Below the pieces are notes generated by a model. It had not been told where the DNA came from. It ran no database searches and saw only the letters and a list, made by a program, of their open reading frames with translations. The position numbers were made by a program, and so were the translations under genes. From positions 11,551 through 75,550 of IMG/VR virus record IMGVR_UViG_3300045988_157167: a stretch of 64,000 nt of DNA; one strand, given 5' to 3'. Shown piece by piece: positions 55,209 through 61,565 of the stretch. Numbering within the stretch: the first letter of the stretch is position 1; every line of letters begins with the position of its first letter. The stretch comes from a virus.

Positions 55209-56291
55209 TTATTTTGGAATATCTAAATTATTTTCTGTAGCATAATGTAATACTCTACTTTGTGACAAATCGCTTAAAGAATTAAAACCATTTTCAACTG
55301 CTGCTAAATATAATTGTTCTTCTAAATTATTATTGTTATTAGATTTAGACTGTCTAAGCTTATCGTCTAATTCATCAGATGTATAATTTTTATAGTGTTC
55401 ATTAAATGTATCGTGATATTTTGTTAAAGGTTTTTTATTCTCTTTTCCAGTATCTTTTGTAACAGTTTTTCCTTTGCCTTTTTTATTTTTAAATTCTGCT
55501 TGATCCTTTTGATAATCATCTAAAGTTACTATATTTTTTTTATCTAGATTTTCAAAAACTTGTTTCATATAAGCATATTTTTTACTAACACTTTCTTCAC
55601 TTGCTGCTATAAAAACTTGTTCAAATACATCTAAATCAAATTTATTTGCATATTCTAAAAGTAATTTTTTAGTATGTGGCATAAATCTTTTTTCAATTTT
55701 AAAAGACTTATATAGTTCTATAAGTTTTGTTTCTTTTTCAACACCAACAACAACTTCATTTTCTTTATTAATATAGTTGTTATTATTATTTTCTTTATTA
55801 GCGTATCGAAAATCGGTATCGCAGAAATTGGTATCCCTATTTTCGGTATCCCAGTTTTTAGGATTACGGTGAGATGTAGTGTTTTCAATGCTTTCATCGT
55901 TATTAGTTTTTTCGCTTACGTTCGTATTTACGTTATCGTTTACGTTCGTAATATCTACGTTTTGTTTTTCGCTAAAAACTTCGTATAAATAACCATTTGT
56001 AAGGTTACCGTTTTTTAGAGGTGTTCTTTTTATATAACCAACCTCTATAAGCTTATTTAAGCCATTAGATACTCTAGTTTTACTTACTCCTAATTGAGTA
56101 GCTAAGCCTTGTATACTTATTACATGATTTGGATTAGATATATATTGTAAAATCTTTGCAAATACAAAAAATGCATTTGGGCCTAATAAATTCATATCGT
56201 TCATAATTTCATTTGGAATAACTGTAAAACCTTTGGCTAGTTCTGCGCTTGCTATAAATTTGGATTCATTGCTACTTTCGAACTTAGACAT
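55209..56291 (-). CDS. Plasmid-type replication initiator (winged HTH plus DnaD-like C-terminal domain; start moved to MSKFESS behind RBS ggaggg)
   Basis: GLATQLGVSKTRVSNGLNKLIEVGYIKR HTH and a C-terminal DnaD-like repeat. Internal iterons. Confidence 0.65.
   Translation of the reverse strand: MSKFESSNESKFIASAELAKGFTVIPNEIMNDMNLLGPNAFFVFAKILQYISNPNHVISIQGLATQLGVSKTRVSNGLNKLIEVGYIKRTPLKNGNLTNGYLYEVFSEKQNVDITNVNDNVNTNVSEKTNNDESIENTTSHRNPKNWDTENRDTNFCDTDFRYANKENNNNNYINKENEVVVGVEKETKLIELYKSFKIEKRFMPHTKKLLLEYANKFDLDVFEQVFIAASEESVSKKYAYMKQVFENLDKKNIVTLDDYQKDQAEFKNKKGKGKTVTKDTGKENKKPLTKYHDTFNEHYKNYTSDELDDKLRQSKSNNNNNLEEQLYLAAVENGFNSLSDLSQSRVLHYATENNLDIPK
55800..55955. repeat. Iteron-like repeats inside the rep gene (putative plasmid ori)
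   Basis: (c/t)ggtatc at 55814, 55829 and 55844 (15-bp phasing). ttacgtt repeated four times at 55906-55950. Confidence 0.55.
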
Positions 56292-56353
56292 ATCTATTTC
56301 CCTCCTATGTTGAATTTTATCGATTTGTAGCAATTTTTATCTATCTTAAAGAA

Positions 56354-56382
56354 TTGAAAATATAATAAATGCATGATATAAT
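56354..56382 (+). promoter_or_regulatory. Consensus promoter TTGAAA-N17-TATAAT, antisense to the rep leader
   Basis: Hexamers at 56354-56359 and 56377-56382. Confidence 0.65.
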
Positions 56383-56389
56383 ATAAATA

Positions 56390-56481
56390 CAACATTGATA
56401 TATGTGATACAAGATAGACCTACTTTGCTACAGTTTCTGTACAATTTGATTGTTGGCGCGATCAAAAAAGTAGGTTTTTTT
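56390..56481 (+). ncRNA. Counter-transcript (antisense) RNA candidate for rep copy control
   Basis: ~90 nt between the consensus promoter and the terminator (acctacttt ... aaagtaggt plus 7 T). Two internal hairpins. Fully antisense to the copG-rep intergenic leader. Confidence 0.6.
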
Positions 56482-56485
56482 ATGT

Positions 56486-56644
56486 TTATTTTTCTTTATT
56501 TTGTTTCTCTAAATATTCTAAAACGATTTCACTTACAAATCCTGATGTACTTTTGTTTGCAGCTTTTGCCATTTTATCTAAATCTTCTTTTTTCTTTTTA
56601 GAGATAACTATATTTATTCGGGTATTATTTTTAGAAATTGCCAT
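56486..56644 (-). CDS. CopG-like ribbon-helix-helix protein (52 aa)
   Basis: Read by eye: MAISKNNTRINIVISKKKKEDLDKMAKAANKSTSGFVSEIVLEYLEKQNKEK. Confidence 0.65.
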   Translation of the reverse strand: MAISKNNTRINIVISKKKKEDLDKMAKAANKSTSGFVSEIVLEYLEKQNKEK

Positions 56645-56742
56645 ATATTCACCTACCTAGAATTGTACTTGAATTAAGTGTAACACTTTTAGGTTAAAAA
56701 ATAAAGGGATAGATTTAATTATTTTTACCTATCCCCTTTGTA

Positions 56743-57036
56743 TTAATCGTCAAATTCATCTTCTATATTGCTGTTAAAATCTGTACCTTTATCTATTTCT
56801 TTAGATTCTTCTTGTTTATCTGTTTCTATATTAAAGCCATTTATTTGTAATAAATTTAGAATTTCTCTAGCAACTTCATCAACGTTTTTTATTAGATTGT
56901 TTTCTCTTTTCATTTCTACAGTAGCTAAATCTTTTAAAAATCCAGAAGCACTTCGTTTTGAAGTTATATAGTTAAATAATTCAATTTCACTATCAGAAAA
57001 TCGAATTCTAACCTCTCTGTTTATTTTATTTTCCAT
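56743..57036 (-). CDS. parR: ParR-like centromere-binding protein (RHH N-terminus)
   Basis: Follows and overlaps parM. REVRIRFSDSEIELFNYI beta-strand/helix, with an acidic tail. Confidence 0.6.
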   Translation of the reverse strand: MENKINREVRIRFSDSEIELFNYITSKRSASGFLKDLATVEMKRENNLIKNVDEVAREILNLLQINGFNIETDKQEESKEIDKGTDFNSNIEDEFDD

Positions 57037-57953
57037 TTTGCAACTCCTAACATGTAAAATGCTTTCGCATTAACTTGAACATCGGAAACTGCTATTGTTT
57101 GAGGATATTTTTGTTTAAAGTATTTATATCCGAATCTTTCTCCGCCTCCAGCTAAAATTATATTACAAGCTGATGCATCAGGGAAAGCTCCTTTAAATTC
57201 GTTTATAACTTCTTCCATAAAGTCATCTAAGTATTCTTCTTTGAATTTATAATCTGTTATATTAAACATTTTCATATCTCCATCAAACACTTTCTTAGTA
57301 TCTTCTAGAGATATTTTACAGTATTTAGTGCTTATATATCTTCTAACTTTCTTATAAAGATCTAAAAGACCAATATCTAAACTTTCACCATCAATAAATT
57401 TCATACTTTCATCAAATATAGCTACATCAGTAGAACCTCCACCAATATCAACTATAAGAGTTCTAACACCTTTTTCACATTGATTGATAACTTTTAGATT
57501 CTTAATACCATAACTTTCTGGTCTAACAATAACTTCTTCTATCAGAATGTTTCTTGTTATTTGGTCTTCACCAACTCCAATTTGTATTTTTTTGAAATTG
57601 TTATCAGTTATAAATTGTTTCAATTGTTTGTGATACTCATTAAACTGACCAGCTGGAATTCCTATAACCAACTTTACTCTATCATGTTCACAAGTCTTTG
57701 CTAAACCATAATATAATAGTTGAAGAAAATTATCTTTTTCAAATTTTAGATGTTCATTTTTAAATAGCCCTTGATTAACTACCCATTTTTCACCATCAAT
57801 TTCAAAAATTTCGTTTTCTCCTAATTCTTTTACATTAGAATATTTTTCAATTCTACTTTCAATTATTAATTCGCTTGTTGTTCCTGTAATATCCCCGGAA
57901 AAAATACTAGTGATGTTTCCGATATCAGCTCCTGCAACACTAAAATTACTCAT
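57021..57953 (-). CDS. parM: ParM-like actin-family partition ATPase (start at MSNFSV behind RBS ggagg)
   Basis: AGADIGN phosphate-1 motif, VDIGGGSTDV phosphate-2 motif, LAGGG adenosine motif. Confidence 0.8.
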   Translation of the reverse strand: MSNFSVAGADIGNITSIFSGDITGTTSELIIESRIEKYSNVKELGENEIFEIDGEKWVVNQGLFKNEHLKFEKDNFLQLLYYGLAKTCEHDRVKLVIGIPAGQFNEYHKQLKQFITDNNFKKIQIGVGEDQITRNILIEEVIVRPESYGIKNLKVINQCEKGVRTLIVDIGGGSTDVAIFDESMKFIDGESLDIGLLDLYKKVRRYISTKYCKISLEDTKKVFDGDMKMFNITDYKFKEEYLDDFMEEVINEFKGAFPDASACNIILAGGGERFGYKYFKQKYPQTIAVSDVQVNAKAFYMLGVAKWKIK

Positions 57954-57970
57954 ATATATAACCTCCATGA

Positions 57971-58073
57971 TTTGTATTTAAATAGTACTCTGTGTACCTT
58001 ATATTATATATTATAAGGTAAAAATGGTAAAAAAGCAACATTAAAATAAAAATATTTGTATTTAAATAGGACT
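57971..58073. promoter_or_regulatory. parC-like centromere/promoter region
   Basis: 19-bp direct repeats tttgtatttaaatag(t/g)act at 57971 and 58055. They flank a 24-bp near-palindrome (57996-58019) and a minus-strand TTGCTT-N17-TATAAT promoter. Confidence 0.55.
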
Positions 58074-58148
58074 TTAAGTACAAATAATAGTTGATTTTTA
58101 TAAAAGAAGGTGTTACACTTTTAGTATAAAGATAAGGAGGTAAGAAAA

Positions 58149-58397
58149 ATGAAAAAAACTTGGTGTATAACAAAATGGTGTAAATCCATTACAGATGATG
58201 GGAAAGATAAATACATAAATAAAGACATTGATAAATCTAACATGCAATACAAATTTAGAATTTTAGATGATGATGGTATAGTTTATGGATATGGAGTTTC
58301 AGAAAAAATAAGCTTTAAACCACTAAACAGATATATGAATTCTTTAGGAGTAACAGAAATCCAGTATAAAAACAATGGTAAATATGAAGTATTATAG
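58149..58397 (+). CDS. Hypothetical protein
   Basis: ORF track; RBS aaggagg. Confidence 0.55.
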   Translation: MKKTWCITKWCKSITDDGKDKYINKDIDKSNMQYKFRILDDDGIVYGYGVSEKISFKPLNRYMNSLGVTEIQYKNNGKYEVL

Positions 58398-58467
58398 TAT
58401 GTTGATAATTTAAAGGTTTTAAGATTTATTCTTAGAGCCTTTTATTTTACAAAAAGAGGGGATATAC

Positions 58468-58926
58468 ATGAATATAGCAATAGAACAAGCAACTTACAAC
58501 GAACGATTTATGTTAAAAGCAACAAATGAAATATCAAAACAATTTGGGTTCAATATTATTCAAGAACGAGCTTTATATGATACATTATACAAATGTACAC
58601 GAAATGTAGAAATGTACTTGATTACAAGTGAGGAGGGAGATTTTTACACATATATAGACTTATATTTAAAATCTAAAAGATTAGAAGGAATTCAAAGTAA
58701 TACTTTACAAAATACAAAATATAAACTAGTAGAATTGAATAATTACATAGGAAAGAAAATTGAAGATATAACAGTAACTGATTTAAAAATGTATATTTTT
58801 CATAAACAAAATGATTGCTTACCGAGTACTGTAAACGGACTAATCACATGCATAAAAGAATTTTTTAAATATTTATATGAAGACGAGTATATAAGTACTA
58901 ATCCAGCTAGGAAATTAAAAAAATGA
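58468..58926 (+). CDS. Tyrosine recombinase (XerC/D-like), N-terminal SAM-like domain; ends at the A7 frameshift site
   Basis: The ..STNPARKLKK C-terminus is typical of the linker before the catalytic domain. Confidence 0.7.
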   Translation: MNIAIEQATYNERFMLKATNEISKQFGFNIIQERALYDTLYKCTRNVEMYLITSEEGDFYTYIDLYLKSKRLEGIQSNTLQNTKYKLVELNNYIGKKIEDITVTDLKMYIFHKQNDCLPSTVNGLITCIKEFFKYLYEDEYISTNPARKLKK

Positions 58927-59474
58927 AGGAAGATAAAAGATTAAAACATTCGCTAAACGAAGTTGTATTTGAACATGTAAGAATGAGTTGTAAAAATTCT
59001 AGAGATAGAGCAATAATAGAATTTCTATATGCTACAGGTTTAAGAGTTTCAGAACTAGTGAATCTTAATAGATCTGATATAGACCCGAATGCAAATAGTT
59101 TAAAAGTAATTGGAAAGGGAAATAAAGAAAGAGTAGTTATATATTCTGATGTAGCAAAGTTTTATTTACAAAATTATTTAAATGAAAGAAAAGACGATAA
59201 TGATGCTTTATTTGTATCAGTTAAAAAACCATATAAAAGACTTACAACTAGAGTTGTGCAAAAGATGTTTGAAAGAATAAAAAAAGATATAGGACTATCA
59301 GGAGATTTTAGCCCTCACGTTTTACGACATACTTTCGCAACTCGTTTAGCTGCTACTGCAGATATTACAACAGTACAAAAGCTTTTGGGCCACACAAACA
59401 TAAATACAACACTCATATATGCTGAAATGAGTGACGATAAAATAGCATATGAATATAAAAAATCAAAATTATAA
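58923..59474 (+). CDS. Tyrosine recombinase catalytic domain (-1 frame relative to 58468..58926)
   Basis: ATGLRVSEL (Arg), HVLRHTFAT (HxxR), GHTNINTTLIYAE (His..Tyr). Confidence 0.75.
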   Translation: MKEDKRLKHSLNEVVFEHVRMSCKNSRDRAIIEFLYATGLRVSELVNLNRSDIDPNANSLKVIGKGNKERVVIYSDVAKFYLQNYLNERKDDNDALFVSVKKPYKRLTTRVVQKMFERIKKDIGLSGDFSPHVLRHTFATRLAATADITTVQKLLGHTNINTTLIYAEMSDDKIAYEYKKSKL

Positions 59475-59495
59475 ATAATTTTATAAAATAAAAAA

Positions 59496-59524
59496 AGCTA
59501 GAGGAGAGTATCCCCTAGCTTTTA
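59496..59524 (+). terminator. Rho-independent terminator (bidirectional context)
   Basis: Stem agctag/ctagct, with an A-run before and a T-run after. Confidence 0.6.
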
Positions 59525-59529
59525 ATATT

Positions 59530-59600
59530 ATCGGTCGCTATCGGTTGCTTATCGGTCGCTATCGGTCGCTATCGGTCGCTATCGGTCGCTATCGGTCGCG
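59530..59600. repeat. Seven tandem 10-bp (one 11-bp) repeats atcggtcgct
   Basis: Unit starts at 59530, 59540, 59551, 59561, 59571, 59581 and 59591. The last unit forms an inverted repeat with tccgat at 59601-59606. Confidence 0.85.
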
Positions 59601-59610
59601 TCCGATAGAA

Positions 59611-60426
59611 TTATTTTTTAAATACTTCTACATATTTTGGGCTGGCAGTGATATATACTCCTGATTTTAATTTATACATATCTGTTCCAGTTCTTTTTAT
59701 AGTTTCTACTACAGTATAAGCTCCACCAGCGGTAACTTTACCTACCACACTGCTTGAATTAAAATCAGCTTTGCTATGTATATTTACATCTTTTAATATT
59801 CTAATGTATTTAGTTTTAGTAGTAGCAGTAGTAGGTATAACTGTGACTTTTCCTTTTCCATTAGTACAATTAATTATATTTGATGTTTTTATCTTACCAG
59901 CTTTTAAATTAGCACAATCTAATTTGAATTGAGTGTATTTTGAAGGATTAAGAACCATATATATTGGGCATAATTTATATGCTCTACCCACCACATCTGT
60001 ATGTCTTATTATATCTTTTTTACAGTCTAATCCTTTTCTGTCGCATAACCATGCACATAAATGAACCATACTTTTATATGTAGCATCTGTGTAATGATTA
60101 TCTTGCCCTGTTGTGGCAACTTCTATACCTATAGCATATCTATTAGCTGAGTTTGTGCAATAGCATCTTTCATCAGTTGGAATAAGTTGATAAATAGTTC
60201 CGTCTAGATCAATAACAAAATGTGCTGATGCATATACATATTTACCATTAACTTTTGTTCCATTTGCAACTACATTGTTAAAATAGTTAACTGTAGCAGA
60301 ACCTTTAACATCTGCTTCACCAGTATAGTGAATTGCTACTTTTGTATAATTTAATGGAGTTCCAGGTCTACCATATTTGTTTTTCTTTTGCCATTTTTCA
60401 ACGATTGTTGGTTTTACTATTGACAT
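59611..60426 (-). CDS. Endolysin: N-acetylmuramoyl-L-alanine amidase (Amidase_2) with SH3b-like C-terminal domain
   Basis: AIHYTGE ... AHFVIDLDG ... IGIEV motifs, next to the holin. Confidence 0.8.
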   Translation of the reverse strand: MSIVKPTIVEKWQKKNKYGRPGTPLNYTKVAIHYTGEADVKGSATVNYFNNVVANGTKVNGKYVYASAHFVIDLDGTIYQLIPTDERCYCTNSANRYAIGIEVATTGQDNHYTDATYKSMVHLCAWLCDRKGLDCKKDIIRHTDVVGRAYKLCPIYMVLNPSKYTQFKLDCANLKAGKIKTSNIINCTNGKGKVTVIPTTATTKTKYIRILKDVNIHSKADFNSSSVVGKVTAGGAYTVVETIKRTGTDMYKLKSGVYITASPKYVEVFKK

Positions 60427-60437
60427 TATATCATCTC

Positions 60438-60698
60438 CTATTTATTTTCAATTAAAGCTTTGAAACTTTGGTGCAATCCTACACTAGAAAGCCCACTTAA
60501 AAGCCCTCCTAAGAAAATATTCATATCAAATGATTTAGATATTGCTATGTTTAATACAACACCTAATACAGCCATTATGAAAGGAATATACTTATTAGGA
60601 ATAAAATCAAAGCTAGTTTTTATAACATATCCTATTCCACAACAACCTAATACAACTCCAATGACTAAATAACTATTAATAACATTTAAATCTATCAT
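60438..60698 (-). CDS. Holin
   Basis: 86 aa with hydrophobic helices, immediately upstream of the endolysin. Confidence 0.7.
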   Translation of the reverse strand: MIDLNVINSYLVIGVVLGCCGIGYVIKTSFDFIPNKYIPFIMAVLGVVLNIAISKSFDMNIFLGGLLSGLSSVGLHQSFKALIENK

Positions 60699-60708
60699 AA
60701 TTAACCTC

Positions 60709-60942
60709 CTATTCTTCTAAGTGATCTATTCTGTGATGTGCAGACTTTGTTGAATCTTCTACTTTTGCCATTCTTTCTACTAAATTATTATGTTTATCTA
60801 CTCTAGTTGACAAAATATTTATCTCTTCTTTTAAACTTTTTATTTGTTCTTGCATTACTGCAGTAGTTTTACTATTTGCAAAATAAGAACCAGCTAAAGT
60901 CCCTATAAATGCTATAATAGCAACAATTATTTCTGTTTGCAT
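60709..60942 (-). CDS. XhlA-like membrane/coiled-coil lysis accessory protein (start at MQTEI)
   Basis: N-terminal TM helix then a coiled coil (MQEQIKSLKEEINILSTRVDKHNNLVERM). Confidence 0.55.
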   Translation of the reverse strand: MQTEIIVAIIAFIGTLAGSYFANSKTTAVMQEQIKSLKEEINILSTRVDKHNNLVERMAKVEDSTKSAHHRIDHLEE

Positions 60943-60962
60943 ATTAATACCTCTCAATTTTC

Positions 60963-61232
60963 TTAAGTATGTTTTACTCTATCTCTAAGTTCTCCTTTTT
61001 TACCATCGTTAAATTGTCGAACTTCACTTAAATAACCTGTAATTCTTCTGATTCTTTCAAATGAAACAGGAACAAGTTTATATTCTAAATCTACATACCC
61101 TTTATCGTCTATTGTTATATTTAAATAATCAATTTCTCGATTTGGATATTTTTTATGAATATGTTTTATGTAAGCTTCGATTTCTCTTTGTTCAGCATGA
61201 ACTCCTTCTGGAGTTTTTATATTTATTTTCAT
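60963..61232 (-). CDS. Small protein carrying an NrdD-type C-terminal glycyl-radical motif
   Basis: C-terminus RIRRITGYLSEVRQFNDGKKGELRDRVKH matches the R-x-x-G-Y...N-x-G-K..E...R..H tail of anaerobic ribonucleotide reductases. Confidence 0.5.
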   Translation of the reverse strand: MKINIKTPEGVHAEQREIEAYIKHIHKKYPNREIDYLNITIDDKGYVDLEYKLVPVSFERIRRITGYLSEVRQFNDGKKGELRDRVKHT

Positions 61233-61545
61233 CTTTTCAAACTCCTTTTTACAAAATAAAAGGGATTACAAATTAGTAACCCCCTTAGAAAAAATGGTAA
61301 GTGCCTCTAAATACTATATACACATATAACTTTTAAAATTAAAATTCGATTAAAATATAAATGTTTTTTTATTAAGTCCACATTGGAATCACCCTCTTTC
61401 ATAGCCAATAAGCAAAAGAAGGACCCACTCTAAAAGTAAGTCCTTTCCGGAAAAGGTTATTAAACCGATTCCTTTGCTCGTTGGGGTTTCAAATGAGAAA
61501 TTATTTTATCTACAATTATAGTGTAAATTCCCAATAACAAATTTG
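61233..61545 (-). promoter_or_regulatory. Late-type promoter plus a ~280-nt structured leader upstream of the lysis operon
   Basis: TTGGGA-N8-TATAAT at 61515-61534. G+C-rich nested stems at 61380-61490 (ccttttccggaaagg; aaggac..gtcctt followed by cttttgc). Confidence 0.45.
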
Positions 61546-61565
61546 CAATCGGAACATATTCCTAA
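61546..61565 (-). promoter_or_regulatory. Copy 5 of the 20-bp motif; contains the TAG stop of the FtsK-like gene
   Basis: Exact TTAGGAATATGTTCCGATTG, followed by N11-TTGGGA-N8-TATAAT as at copy 1. Confidence 0.6.

Noticed and set aside
56395-56601. A plus-strand 68-aa ORF from the track.
   Set aside because: It has no RBS and is hydrophobic low-complexity sequence typical of antisense AT-rich DNA. It overlaps the minus-strand CopG-like gene and the predicted antisense RNA.
57946-58173. A minus-strand 75-aa ORF spanning the parC-like region.
   Set aside because: It consists of Y/L/F/N-rich translation of AT-rich promoter and repeat DNA. It has no RBS and overlaps the parM start and the divergent promoter.
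59530-59600. A tandem repeat array considered as a CRISPR or a telomere-like element.
   Set aside because: The units are head-to-tail 10-mers with no spacers, and no protelomerase gene is present. An iteron or centromere-type array is the more economical reading.
61233-61545. Assignment of the lysis-operon leader to a known riboswitch class.
   Set aside because: I compared it by eye with the conserved cores I remember for the purine, TPP, SAM, c-di-GMP, c-di-AMP, preQ1, ZTP, fluoride, Mn, glycine, cobalamin and T-box classes. I found no convincing match, so it is reported only as an unclassified structured leader.
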